From the NCBI GenBank assembly GCA_965207375.1, contig OZ242274.1, forward strand, positions 640,001-704,000: a stretch of DNA of 64,000 nt, written 5' to 3'. Each line of letters begins with the position of its first letter. The stretch's first letter is position 1. The notes under the pieces were generated by a model that did no database searches, had not been told where the DNA came from, and was given only the letters and a program-made list of their open reading frames with translations. Shown piece after piece: positions 1-10,238 of this stretch. Made by a program: the position numbers and the translations under genes. This DNA is from Nitrosopumilaceae archaeon. GTDB lineage: Archaea > Thermoproteota > Nitrososphaeria > Nitrososphaerales > Nitrosopumilaceae.

Positions 1-1154
1 GATATCTAAACGCAGTCAATCCATTTTTAACTACGACACACCCCCTAGTTGACTCTGTATCAGAGCATGCAACAACTACTCTTGCACAATCATTTTATTT
101 TCATTCCATATTGATGGTTTTTGCAGGAATTGCAATATGGCTAATTTTACAAAACAAAACCTCTACCGCATCTAAAAACTATGACATGTACGGATTTGCA
201 TTGATTATAGGCATTGCAGGCGTCTATGTAAGCTCTGCCTTTGTTCGTTTGGAAATATTTGCCTCTTTATCACTTTTAATTTTGGGTTCAATTGGAATAT
301 CCAAACTGTTCTCTAAACTATTTGAGGCCAAAAGTTTTGGGCCAAAATCCCTTTCCAAACTACCTCTGATGCAGGTTTTATTTTCAGTAGGAATTATTGT
401 CATATTGATTATACCGCTAAATGTGCCAGCTAATGGTAACTGGACCAATGCAGTTGCTATACCGCCCACAATTCTTAATGGAGGTACAGTATACCCAATA
501 GTTTCCAATGACTGGCCTGATGCGCTGTCTTGGATTGCAACCCAAACCCCCGAAGATTCAGTTGTTGCTGCCTGGTGGGACTATGGCTATTGGATTACTG
601 TAGTTGGGAACCGGACTAGTATTGTAGATAATGCAACTATTGATGACAAGGCGATAGCAAAGATGGCCACGGTGTTTGTAAGCTCCCCTGATGAGGCATG
701 GAAAATGCTAGGCGATATGGGCGCCGATTATATCCTAGTCTTTGTTGCAGCCGAGAAAATCTTTGAGGATGAGACTATAACGCTTTATACTCTACAGGGA
801 GGAGGAGACGAAAGTAAAAAGCAGTGGTTCATAAGAATTGCAGGCCAAGATGTTTCAAAGTATCTTCATGCAGACAATATAAGCGGCACCCCGTATTTTT
901 GGGATAACACATCCCTTGGAAAACTGTTCCCCTACACCCCAGTGGTATATTTTGATCCTGTAAACAATTTCCAATATGAAACATACAATCCAGGCACCAT
1001 TCCATTGTATGTAAAACAGGTTAAATACTCCCCAACCGAATCAGCACCATTCCATCTAGTATATGCATCTCCTAGCTATTTGAACAATGATGAACGATTC
1101 TCTCTTGGAATATTTATCTACCAAATCAACGAAAACTATGTTCCTGTACAATGA
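1..1154 (+). CDS. aglB: Oligosaccharyltransferase AglB/STT3, C-terminal part (5' truncated by window edge)
   Basis: Frame open from nt 3 (..PLVDSVSEHA..); WWDYG and DNAT motifs; TM helices. Confidence 0.93.
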   Translation, partial: YLNAVNPFLTTTHPLVDSVSEHATTTLAQSFYFHSILMVFAGIAIWLILQNKTSTASKNYDMYGFALIIGIAGVYVSSAFVRLEIFASLSLLILGSIGISKLFSKLFEAKSFGPKSLSKLPLMQVLFSVGIIVILIIPLNVPANGNWTNAVAIPPTILNGGTVYPIVSNDWPDALSWIATQTPEDSVVAAWWDYGYWITVVGNRTSIVDNATIDDKAIAKMATVFVSSPDEAWKMLGDMGADYILVFVAAEKIFEDETITLYTLQGGGDESKKQWFIRIAGQDVSKYLHADNISGTPYFWDNTSLGKLFPYTPVVYFDPVNNFQYETYNPGTIPLYVKQVKYSPTESAPFHLVYASPSYLNNDERFSLGIFIYQINENYVPVQ

Positions 1155-1156
1155 TT

Positions 1157-1315
1157 TTATTTTTGATATCTTTCGGCTAGTCTGTATCTCATGTATTTGT
1201 CATCAGGGGAAAACTTGGCAGGATGCGCAGACGAGGTATCACCGTCGCATTTTGGACATTGCATCTTCATAGTATATGTTTGACACTTGGAACATCTTCT
1301 TAATTGGAATCTCAT
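1157..1315 (-). CDS. nop10: H/ACA RNP protein Nop10 (52 aa, missing from ORF track)
   Basis: Manual translation MRFQLRRCSKCQTYTMKMQCPKCDGDTSSAHPAKFSPDDKYMRYRLAERYQK; Zn ribbon + HPAKFSPDDKY; canonical position downstream of aIF2-alpha. Confidence 0.95.
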   Translation of the reverse strand: MRFQLRRCSKCQTYTMKMQCPKCDGDTSSAHPAKFSPDDKYMRYRLAERYQK

Positions 1316-1316
1316 C

Positions 1317-2117
1317 TTATCCTACTCTTGTCTTCTTTGACTCTTCTCGCTCAAACCTGAAGGTGCCCTTTTTTTTCTCAATTACATGCTGAATTGCTGC
1401 AATTATGGGCTTTATGGCCCGTTCTGCTGCCTTAAAGTCAGGCGCAGTTATGCCCAATCTGTATTTTGGTGCGCCTAGATATGTGATTTCCACCTTTATG
1501 TCATCACCTTGTTTTGCGGCATCTTGCAGGGTTTTTTTGATTATTTCTACCCCGTTGGAGCCAGGATTGGTAATTTCCATAATTCCTCTTACCTGTACCG
1601 AAGGAAGTTTTATCTTCGAGCAGATCTCCTCTGTCACATCTAGAATTTTTTCCGGAATTTTCAGAGCATTTACTGTTTGTACACCCCTTGTTGCAATATC
1701 CATAAACGCATCATACAGTGAATCATACTTTGAATACAACAGATCTTCAAGATCTTCGCTTTGTTTGTCTGATAGTTTTGCCTTTTCTGCAATGTTTTTC
1801 ATCAACGTGTTTCCTTTTTCTTCCTGCTTTACCTCTAAAAGCTTCTTTTTCTTTTGATCTGTAGACACCTGTTTTAGTGATAAATCAATATCGTTACGGT
1901 CAGGATTTACTTTTTTGACTAGCAGCACCTTTTTTTCATTCTCCTTTACAAATTTGCTAATTGATCTAATCCAGCCGGGCGCAATTTCTGAAATGTGTAA
2001 AAATCCCTGCAATCCGTCATATTCGTCTAGTGTGACATATGCCCCATGATCCATTAATTTTGAAATTGTTGCAACAACAATTTCTCCTGGCTCTGGTAAT
2101 TCCGTATATACTGACAT
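1317..2117 (-). CDS. eif2a: Translation initiation factor aIF-2 subunit alpha
   Basis: S1 domain LPEPGEIVV..GAYVTLDEY..LHISEI; YLGAPKYR motif. Confidence 0.95.
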   Translation of the reverse strand: MSVYTELPEPGEIVVATISKLMDHGAYVTLDEYDGLQGFLHISEIAPGWIRSISKFVKENEKKVLLVKKVNPDRNDIDLSLKQVSTDQKKKKLLEVKQEEKGNTLMKNIAEKAKLSDKQSEDLEDLLYSKYDSLYDAFMDIATRGVQTVNALKIPEKILDVTEEICSKIKLPSVQVRGIMEITNPGSNGVEIIKKTLQDAAKQGDDIKVEITYLGAPKYRLGITAPDFKAAERAIKPIIAAIQHVIEKKKGTFRFEREESKKTRVG

Positions 2118-2156
2118 GATTCACAAATTTTATGATACATACATTAATGTTGCTTG

Positions 2157-2690
2157 TCAGAAATCTATTCCCTGTTTTGCCTTTACTCCCTTTTTGTAAG
2201 GGTGTTTGATCTCCCTCATTTCAGTAACTAGGTCTGCCAAATCAATTATCTCATCTCTGGCATAGTTTCCCGTTAATACCAAATCTAATCTTTCTGGTTT
2301 TGATTTAATCAAATTTATTACATCTTTTGGTTCTATTAATTTTAGATTTATTGCATAATTAATCTCGTCTAAAATTATCAGATCATACTTGTTTGATGTG
2401 ATTTTTTCCCTGCTAATTCTGATTGCTTCTTGTGCAATTTTGGTGTGCTGCTCCTTTGTGCTTTTATCGTCAATTATTCCGACAAATCCCCCCCCTATTG
2501 CTGTCATCTCAAACTCTGGCTCTAATCTTTTTGCAGAATCCATCTCACCGTAATGCCATGTTCCTTTGATGAATTGGATCATGCAAATTTTTTTGCTATA
2601 TCCTACTGCCCTTAGAACCATTCCGAGTGCAGCCGTTGTCTTTCCTTTTCCATTGCCTGTGTAAACTATGACTAACCCGTCTTGTTCCAT
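2157..2690 (-). CDS. cobO: Cob(I)yrinic acid a,c-diamide adenosyltransferase
   Basis: VYTGNGKGKTTAALG, QFIKG, ILDEI, LVLTG, ADLVTEM motifs; start moved to MEQDG at 2690. Confidence 0.93.
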   Translation of the reverse strand: MEQDGLVIVYTGNGKGKTTAALGMVLRAVGYSKKICMIQFIKGTWHYGEMDSAKRLEPEFEMTAIGGGFVGIIDDKSTKEQHTKIAQEAIRISREKITSNKYDLIILDEINYAINLKLIEPKDVINLIKSKPERLDLVLTGNYARDEIIDLADLVTEMREIKHPYKKGVKAKQGIDF

Positions 2691-2819
2691 ACTATATCTT
2701 TGTATTGTACTTTGTAAAAAGATACCCAACAAATAGATGCATGCGTAATGTCGTGCAGGTCAGAGATACTAGTACTCAACAAACCATCATTTAAATAAAA
2801 ATCAGATAAATTCATACGA

Positions 2820-4166
2820 TTGATAATACCTAGAATTGTTTTGTCTGGAACTAGCAGCGGCGTGGGAAAAACCTCTATTACCTGTGCCATAATTTACGGC
2901 CTTAAAAAAAGAGGATACTCTGTTCAACCCTTCAAGGTGGGTCCAGATTATATTGATCCGGGCTATCTTTCTACAGTATCTGGCAATCAATCACACAATC
3001 TTGATGTCTGGTTAATGGGAGAAGCTGAGCTGGTAAATAATTTTACTGGCAACTCAAATTCTGACATTTCTGTAATTGAAGGAGTCATGGGATACTATGA
3101 CGGTTTTTCAGGCAAAAGCAATCATGCTAGCACACATCATGTAGCTACGCTTACAAAATCCAATGTAATTTTAGTTGTTGATGCAGCAAAGACTGCACGG
3201 TCAATAGCAGCTACTGTTTTGGGCTTTACAAAATTCCATAAAAATTCCAGAATTTTGGGAATAATACTTAACAAAATAGCAGGTAAGAAGCATGAAAATC
3301 TGTGCAGAGATGCACTAACAGGACTCAGGATTCCGATAATTGGAATTGTGCCAAAAAACCCCGACCTTTCTTTGAAATCTAGACATCTTGGTCTGATACC
3401 AACAGTAGAGGACAATCAAGCTAGACTGCAAATTATCAAAATCGCAAAAACCATATCTGAATTTTTGGATTTTGATAAAATTATTAAAATCGCAAAGCTT
3501 GTCCAATCACTGCCTCCGCCTCGTAAAATTCAAGCAAAAAAACAATCCTGCGTAATTGCAGTAGCTTTGGATAACTCTTTTAATTTTTACTATCCTGCAA
3601 ATTTAGAGGCATTAAGACGGGAGGGTGCAAAAATCAAGTTCTTCAGTCCCGTCTCTGATACAAAATTTCCTACATGTGACGGAATATACATAGGCGGCGG
3701 CTTTCCAGAGGTATTATCCGAACCGCTTTCAAAAAACCATACCATGAAAAACCAAATAAAGCAGTCCCTAGAAAACGACACTCCACTGTATGCCGAATGC
3801 GGAGGTCTGATGTACCTTACAAGATCCATCCATGATGGAAGAAACAAATTTCCAATGGTCGGATTTTTTGACGCTCAAACCGTCATGACTACAAAAATGA
3901 AACTAAATTATACCAAGGCCAAAATTACATCAGAGTGTATAATTTCTGGCACGCCCAAAAATTTCCAAGGCCATGAATTTCATTATTCTGAACTGACTGA
4001 AATCGCACGAGACACTCGATTTGCATATGATATATCCGTAGGATCTGGAATTATCAAAAACTGCGACGGCATCATACAAAACAAGGCTCTTGCCTCATAT
4101 GGACATTTATATTTTGACAGCAAAAATTTTGCAAAAACCTTTGTTTCTAACTGCCTAAAATCTTAA
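2820..4166 (+). CDS. cbiA: Cobyrinate a,c-diamide synthase
   Basis: SGVGKT, FKVGPDYIDP, IEGVMG, GGGFPE, YAECGGLMYL, GHEFHYS. Confidence 0.95.
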   Translation: MIIPRIVLSGTSSGVGKTSITCAIIYGLKKRGYSVQPFKVGPDYIDPGYLSTVSGNQSHNLDVWLMGEAELVNNFTGNSNSDISVIEGVMGYYDGFSGKSNHASTHHVATLTKSNVILVVDAAKTARSIAATVLGFTKFHKNSRILGIILNKIAGKKHENLCRDALTGLRIPIIGIVPKNPDLSLKSRHLGLIPTVEDNQARLQIIKIAKTISEFLDFDKIIKIAKLVQSLPPPRKIQAKKQSCVIAVALDNSFNFYYPANLEALRREGAKIKFFSPVSDTKFPTCDGIYIGGGFPEVLSEPLSKNHTMKNQIKQSLENDTPLYAECGGLMYLTRSIHDGRNKFPMVGFFDAQTVMTTKMKLNYTKAKITSECIISGTPKNFQGHEFHYSELTEIARDTRFAYDISVGSGIIKNCDGIIQNKALASYGHLYFDSKNFAKTFVSNCLKS

Positions 4167-4789
4167 TTTTGAGCCAATTTGTATAGTGCATTGATGATGG
4201 CTGCAGCAACTGCACTGCCTCCTTTTCTGCCCCTGTTTGTAATAAATTCTGCATCTGATTGTGCTAGCTGTTCCTTTGATTCTGCTGCTGATATGAATCC
4301 AACCGGTATTCCTATGATTAACGCAGGACGTATCACTTTCTCCTTTGCCATCTGCAATACCTCCAAGAGTGCGGTAGGTGCATTGCCTATTGCAACTATT
4401 GCCCCGTCAATATCTGATGCGGCCTGTCTCATAGATACCTGCGAGCGCGTTTTTCCTTCCTGTATAGCCTGCTCCATTATTTCTGGATCTGAAATTTTAC
4501 AAACAATTTTGTTGCCATAGTTTTTCAGATTCTGCTTGTTTAGTCCCCCCATCACGCCATTTACATCTATAACTATATTGCAGCCATTTTTGAGTGCCTC
4601 AATTCCTACACTTGTTGCATTTTGCGAAAACAACATTGTATTTGTTTGTGCAAAGTCAAAGTCTGCTGTAGTATGAATGACTCTTCTTACAATTGGCCAC
4701 TGCAACTCGTCAAAATTGTGACTACCAATCTCAGATTCGATCATTTGCATACTGGCATCTTCAATTGACTGTCCCTTTCTAGTTTGCAT
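4163..4789 (-). CDS. cbiC: Precorrin-8X methylmutase
   Basis: RRVIHTTADFD, AIGNAPTAL, GIPVGFISAAESK, GRKGGS. Confidence 0.95.
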   Translation of the reverse strand: MQTRKGQSIEDASMQMIESEIGSHNFDELQWPIVRRVIHTTADFDFAQTNTMLFSQNATSVGIEALKNGCNIVIDVNGVMGGLNKQNLKNYGNKIVCKISDPEIMEQAIQEGKTRSQVSMRQAASDIDGAIVAIGNAPTALLEVLQMAKEKVIRPALIIGIPVGFISAAESKEQLAQSDAEFITNRGRKGGSAVAAAIINALYKLAQN

Positions 4790-5531
4790 TTTCGACCTCT
4801 CTTGCCCTTTGAATAATTAAATCTATCATTTTTTCATCTGCTCCTAGGTGCTTTGTTATGCATACGTTTTTTAAATCCACCTCCTTTAACGCAGGATTTA
4901 GATCCTCATAAATGTCGGTTTTTACATGTGCGCCCTTGTGCAAGAAATAAAAAACAACAACTAGTGCCTTGGGGTTATTTTTCTTGCATGATTTTATTCC
5001 TGAATTAATATCGGGCTGTTCGATTTCCAAAAAACAGTATTCTGCATTCCTGTATTGTTTTGCTAGTCCATCTACAACATATTTTAATGACATTTGCGCA
5101 TTTGGGTCCTTGCTGCCGTGTCCGATTACTAGCACGTCTATTTCATTTTTTGGCAGGGAAATTTTTTTGTCCTCAAGTGCTGATGCAATTCTGTTTTCAA
5201 CTAGGTCAATCAGACTCTGATGCATGCTCATTGGTTTAGTTACGACAAACTTGATACCTGTATGTTTTTGATATTTCATCACATCTGTAACTGCAAGTTT
5301 GACCTTTTTTCCAGGATAAAGAAAGTACGGCACTATTGTCAGCCCGTCTATATCTTTTGACAGTATCTTTTGCATTACGTCTTTGATAAACGGCCCAACG
5401 ACTTCTAGGAAGCAAAAATCTGTAAAGTCATAATTTCCCAGCTTTTTTACCTTCTTGCATATTATCTCTAATTCCTCTGATGCCTCCTTTTCCCTGCTTC
5501 CCCTATCTATTATTAGCAATCCGCGTTTCAA
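4779..5531 (-). CDS. cbiX: Sirohydrochlorin cobaltochelatase CbiX (two-domain)
   Basis: Duplicated (H/R)GS, FLE, PYFL/FYFLHKGAH motifs; cobalamin operon context. Confidence 0.88.
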   Translation of the reverse strand: MKRGLLIIDRGSREKEASEELEIICKKVKKLGNYDFTDFCFLEVVGPFIKDVMQKILSKDIDGLTIVPYFLYPGKKVKLAVTDVMKYQKHTGIKFVVTKPMSMHQSLIDLVENRIASALEDKKISLPKNEIDVLVIGHGSKDPNAQMSLKYVVDGLAKQYRNAEYCFLEIEQPDINSGIKSCKKNNPKALVVVFYFLHKGAHVKTDIYEDLNPALKEVDLKNVCITKHLGADEKMIDLIIQRAREVENAN

Positions 5532-6583
5532 TATTTTATCCTCGCCACCGCTATTGTCAAATCAGGCGGAAATTTTTGCTTTTGCACAACTAGCTGCCCC
5601 TCAGATACTAGCATTGCAGCAGCTTCAGAAACACTTGCGGTTCCCTCAAATGCCTTTACTGTGTCTGAGGGATTAGGAGCCTCCACCAAGGCAAGCTCCT
5701 CTCTGTTTACATGTTGTATTGCTACCTTCATCTCGCCTGCTGCATCAATTAGGCCTTGCACGTCCTGAGATTTTTTAATAGATGCAAATTTTGCAATAGA
5801 TTTTGAACTCAGGCCGAATTTTTTACAAACCTGCATTATTCCCTCTCTGATTGTCTCCTTTGATGTATCCTGGTGAAGTCCTATTCCAAAAACCAGTGAT
5901 TTGGGTCTGTAAATGACGGATTTTTGCTGTATCTTCTCTTCAATTGTTTCATCTGAAATAATCAGACAGGCCTTAGAATCTGAGTTTTTCATTTCATTAT
6001 AATTGTCATATAATGTGACATTTTTTGGTAGTTCTTTGCTCCACCAATTTTTCTGCCCTGCATTTTGAAACACTGCTATTTTTTCTGCATTAACCATGTG
6101 TGCACTAGTTGCAGTTACCGTTGAATCATCCTCAATACTCCATCCAAACTCCTTTCCTACTAGGTCAACTGATATTGTTTTATTCACATCTGCAGCCGTC
6201 GTTATTACCGCCCTTGAATTTAGTTTGTCTGCAATGTCTTGTGATAATTGATTGGCACCTCCCAAATGACCGGATAACAAACTTATCACAAAATCGGCAT
6301 GATCATCAATTACAATTACTGCCGGATCCGTCTTTTTGTCCTTCAGGTGGGGAGCTATGAGCCTAACAACTGCACCTAGAGAAAACAAGCAAACTAGTGC
6401 CTCATTTGTTTTAAACAACTCTTCAATTTTTTTTGCAGCAGGCTCGCCAAACCACACTATGCCAGATTCGTTACTAGAAAATTTTGCAGGTGCAAAAAGC
6501 TGCCAATTTTGATAAACTTTTTTGATTTTCTTGCCTATGACAATTCCATTTTTTGTTATTGCCAAAATCGCGACTCTTTCCAC
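5528..6583 (-). CDS. cbiG: Cobalt-precorrin 5A hydrolase CbiG
   Basis: KDKKTDPAVIVID, SLLSGHLGGAN, VITTAAD, SVSEAAA. Confidence 0.93.
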   Translation of the reverse strand: MERVAILAITKNGIVIGKKIKKVYQNWQLFAPAKFSSNESGIVWFGEPAAKKIEELFKTNEALVCLFSLGAVVRLIAPHLKDKKTDPAVIVIDDHADFVISLLSGHLGGANQLSQDIADKLNSRAVITTAADVNKTISVDLVGKEFGWSIEDDSTVTATSAHMVNAEKIAVFQNAGQKNWWSKELPKNVTLYDNYNEMKNSDSKACLIISDETIEEKIQQKSVIYRPKSLVFGIGLHQDTSKETIREGIMQVCKKFGLSSKSIAKFASIKKSQDVQGLIDAAGEMKVAIQHVNREELALVEAPNPSDTVKAFEGTASVSEAAAMLVSEGQLVVQKQKFPPDLTIAVARIKY

Positions 6584-6615
6584 AATTTTGCCTTTACAAT
6601 TTTAATAAAATACCT

Positions 6616-7692
6616 TTACCTTCTAGCAAGAATAGTGCCATCAAAATCAAACAATACTACCTTTACTGCGACCTTTTGTTCGGAAAAATCCCTCATATGC
6701 TTGTATACATGATCGCATATCTTTTGAAAAAAGCCGTCAATTTTACGCTCTTTGATGATTTCAGATACGTGTCTTGCAGTGTTTGCAGCCAAAATCTCTG
6801 CAAATACAGATTCTTTGGCATCGCATTTAGCAGCCAACTCTGCCAAAAATCTCATATCCACCTTTGAACCCTTGACATGAGTTTGTTTTACTCCTGCTGC
6901 CATTTTGGCTAGTTTGCCAACAAATCCAACAACATATGCCTCTTTGATTCCTTTTTTTGCACACTGCTGGATTGTATATCCTGAAAAATCACCCATTTGA
7001 ACAAAGCAATGTTGCCGCAGGCGTATTATTTTCTTTGAAAGCTCCTCACTTCTTGCCCCTGTCGTCAAAACAACTATTTTGTCTTTTGCAGCTAGTGCCA
7101 CGTCCAAGTTTTGTCGTATTGATGCTGCATACGATGCTGTTGAAAACGGTATTACAATTCCGCTGGTACCTAGTATGGATATTCCTCCCACTATTCCTAA
7201 TCTGGGATTATCCGTTTTTGGTGCAAGTTCTCTTCCACTTGGCACCGAAATTATAATTTTAATTCCATGTTTTTGTAAAACATCACTACCTATTTCTTTT
7301 ACATTTTCAACAATCATCTTTTTTGGAACCGGATTTATCGCTGCCTTGTTTAATTCGAGTCCTAGTCCTGGTTTTGTCACTATACCTACTCCTGTACCTC
7401 CATTAATCTCAACCTCATTGATTTTTTTGGTCAACTCCAAATCCACTATTATCTCTGCACCGTGTGTGACATCTGGATCATCTCCACCATCTTTGATAAC
7501 TGAGCATGATGCATGCGTATTTGAAAAATCACATTTTTGAATTTTAATGTCCAGATAGTCTCCCCTTGGAATTTTTACATTTACATTTTTGATATTTTTT
7601 TTGTTAATTATTGCTAGTAACGAGGCCTTTGCAGCAGCAGCTGCACATGTTCCTGTCGTAAAACCATTTCGAAGTCCCTTTGAATTTTCCAC
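6616..7692 (-). CDS. cbiD: Cobalt-precorrin-5B C1-methyltransferase CbiD
   Basis: LRNGFTTGTCAAAAAKA, KDGGDDPDVTHG, NPRLGIVGGISILGTSG. Confidence 0.95.
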   Translation of the reverse strand: MENSKGLRNGFTTGTCAAAAAKASLLAIINKKNIKNVNVKIPRGDYLDIKIQKCDFSNTHASCSVIKDGGDDPDVTHGAEIIVDLELTKKINEVEINGGTGVGIVTKPGLGLELNKAAINPVPKKMIVENVKEIGSDVLQKHGIKIIISVPSGRELAPKTDNPRLGIVGGISILGTSGIVIPFSTASYAASIRQNLDVALAAKDKIVVLTTGARSEELSKKIIRLRQHCFVQMGDFSGYTIQQCAKKGIKEAYVVGFVGKLAKMAAGVKQTHVKGSKVDMRFLAELAAKCDAKESVFAEILAANTARHVSEIIKERKIDGFFQKICDHVYKHMRDFSEQKVAVKVVLFDFDGTILARR

Positions 7693-7699
7693 ATCTTTG

Positions 7700-8335
7700 T
7701 TATTTTGTATAAGATATTATTTGTTCTTGTAATTTCCAGTTTTGTTTTGGAATGTCATTGAACCTTGATTTCCGTAGGCCTATCTTTTCTAATGCAAGCG
7801 TTGTTATTTTATCTCCCACCAAAGCTCCAGGAGTAAGAATTTTTGCCGGATAATTGATTTTGAATTCCATTATATCGCATGTGTTTGTAATTGATTGGGT
7901 AGGCAAATCAGGCTCTAGTTCACACAAATAGTCTACCTTTACGGTTTGTGTTTCTCCAAGACACGAATCATATTTTACATAAAAGGACACTAGGTTTGGT
8001 ATAGGGTATGGTTTCTTTGGCTCGTGTTTCCTAATCTCTACATCCGTTAGACTGTTTCCTAATCTGTCCATCACATCTATCACTTGGCTTGTCTTCATTT
8101 TTGTAAGCAGATCTATGTCTATGCTTAATCTTTGCACAGGCAATTCTGTATGAAACGGCATGCACATTCCGCCCCGAATTACGGAATCTATCTATTTACA
8201 AATGTGGTAATTCATCTCAAAATCCATGATGAATTTTTCTACATAGACGGAATTTACAAATCCCATCTTCTCTGCAATTCTTTTGATGTTGGATTTTTGT
8301 AGCTCAGCTGCAAAATGATACAGGTTATGTCGCAC
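7700..8335 (-). pseudogene. AbiEii/AbiGii-family nucleotidyltransferase toxin, interrupted by in-frame TAG (8192-8194) and apparently 3'-truncated
   Basis: GTG at 8335 overlaps the upstream gene stop; reading ..VYVEKFIMDFEMNYHICK*IDSVIRGGMCMPFHTELPVQRLSIDIDL..LVGDKITTL.. matches AbiEii VEK / GG / RxSxDID / K motifs. Confidence 0.72.
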
Positions 8336-10238
8336 CCCCAAGATAGTCCTTCAACTTTTTTGACATGTTTTTGTGTCTTGCAAGTGTCTCTAATTTGTCC
8401 TGACTTGCTAGGTTGTTTTCTATTAGCTGATCTAGTATGTTTGCTAGCTCGTCGTGACGTATGTAATGGCCGCCACGACTTGTCTCTCCGAGCAGGTCTA
8501 ACCACGCCTTCTCGGGGGAGGCCCACGTGTCTTTAGATACTGTAGAGTATTCTCTGATAACTATGAACTGTTTTTTTTCCGAGTACTCTAGTGCATTTTT
8601 GATGTCTTTTGTACTAGGATTCAAAAGTATTGTAGAGTTTGATTTGTGCTCTGTTATAATGTCGTATAGATACTGTCCTGCACCTTTGCTCACCTCGATA
8701 TTGTAGATCATTTTGTTGTATGCATTTTGCAGGTATGGCTCTAGCGTACTGAGAGCTGTAAACTGAAAATCAAATTCAAATTTTTCTATCAGGAACTCGT
8801 GCAAACCTTGCAATACGTCAACTATTGAATAGTTGGCAAGCAGAGTCATTTCTTTAGATTTTTGTCTTGGTGTTTTCTCTCGTGTTTCTGTCCAATCCTT
8901 TACAAATTTATTCCACATTACGTTTCGTTCCTTTAAGAAAATTTTGTATTTTTCAGGCTCGGCTAGTATAGATTTTGCCTCTAATTCTATCATACCTATG
9001 AGAAACAACGGATTTCCAACTATGCCAAAAATCGGACTTTTCCTGTTTATCTTTATCTTGTATCCCTCATCTACTCTTTGAAGATCATACAGTTGATCAT
9101 CTAGTCCATTATCAAAATTAAGTGAAATGTTTTCAGAGTTATGTTGAACCTCAAATGATTGCGCCTTGTTTAGCAGAGCCTTTGCATTTGTGCGACTTAT
9201 TCGAGGTTTTATTTTGCCGCGGATTTTATCATTGTCAAAATAATCCAATACAGTTTGAATGGATGTGATCGGTGGAGCCTTGTTTATAGAACTACGTAGA
9301 GTACTGACCACTGTGGGATTTGTTATGAACTTATCTACTGCCTCTCTGTATTCATATGATTCTTCGATAAATCCAGTTTTATGAAAATTTACCGGTACAT
9401 GATCCAGATGTATTTCCCCTACAATCTTTGCAACTTCGGGATGATTGCGTATTCCAAACTTGTCAAAGGCCTTGATCAGGCGATTGTTTTTATACAGATG
9501 TACGCCATATTCACCTTTTATGGAGCGTTTTTCTAAAAGGCCAATCCATCCTTTGATGTAGTTGTTGTGTGCAAGTTCTACATTTACCTCTTTTTTACTT
9601 CCTTTCTGAATCGATACCTCTATTGATTTACAAACACGCGTGTTGAGGTACAGTGAAATTTGATTTGATTTTATGTATTTGCCGTACCGTATTCCAAAGT
9701 TTTTTCTTAATGTCGTTGTTTGGTTTGGATATATTGGAATCCTTAACTTTGTTATTCTAACAGTTGTTCCATGCCACGGTCTGCATTTTTTTCTTGTTTT
9801 GATTTCAAAATTTTCCCACGTTCTAGATGCATCATTTAGCCATTGGTTCTCGTCATAGCAAACATGATACTCCAAGTCAGAATTTTCTGTGGCAGTCGTT
9901 ATGGCAAAGGATTGACCAAGAGTAGAGCATGCACTTTTCATCCCTAACCCAAACTTGCCTAATTTCTTGCTGTCATGTTTTGTTTCCATTGCAACTGTCA
10001 GGCCATTTTGCAGTTGCTGCATGTCCATTCCAATACCGTCATCAGATACGGAGATGGCCTTTTCTGTATAATCAAGAACCACATCAATACGCTGCATGTT
10101 CTCATCAATTCTGGCATCAATTGAATTATCCAATAATTCAGATATTGCCTGCGATGTTTTGTAGCCGGTTAGGCCCAATTTCTGAATCAGGCTCTTATCT
10201 GGTGTGATGTTAATGGTTGTTTTTCCTGCCATTTTCAA
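8325..10238 (-). CDS. MORC-type GHKL ATPase (HATPase + S5 fold) fused to a C-terminal AbiEi-like antitoxin domain
   Basis: AISELLDNSIDA, DDGIGM, GKFGLGMKSA, HGTTV GHKL motifs; LYKNNRLI and NFHKTGF S5 motifs; C-terminal WASPEKAWLDL..KLETLARHK resembles AbiEi C-terminal motif. Confidence 0.75.
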   Translation of the reverse strand: MKMAGKTTINITPDKSLIQKLGLTGYKTSQAISELLDNSIDARIDENMQRIDVVLDYTEKAISVSDDGIGMDMQQLQNGLTVAMETKHDSKKLGKFGLGMKSACSTLGQSFAITTATENSDLEYHVCYDENQWLNDASRTWENFEIKTRKKCRPWHGTTVRITKLRIPIYPNQTTTLRKNFGIRYGKYIKSNQISLYLNTRVCKSIEVSIQKGSKKEVNVELAHNNYIKGWIGLLEKRSIKGEYGVHLYKNNRLIKAFDKFGIRNHPEVAKIVGEIHLDHVPVNFHKTGFIEESYEYREAVDKFITNPTVVSTLRSSINKAPPITSIQTVLDYFDNDKIRGKIKPRISRTNAKALLNKAQSFEVQHNSENISLNFDNGLDDQLYDLQRVDEGYKIKINRKSPIFGIVGNPLFLIGMIELEAKSILAEPEKYKIFLKERNVMWNKFVKDWTETREKTPRQKSKEMTLLANYSIVDVLQGLHEFLIEKFEFDFQFTALSTLEPYLQNAYNKMIYNIEVSKGAGQYLYDIITEHKSNSTILLNPSTKDIKNALEYSEKKQFIVIREYSTVSKDTWASPEKAWLDLLGETSRGGHYIRHDELANILDQLIENNLASQDKLETLARHKNMSKKLKDYLGGAT

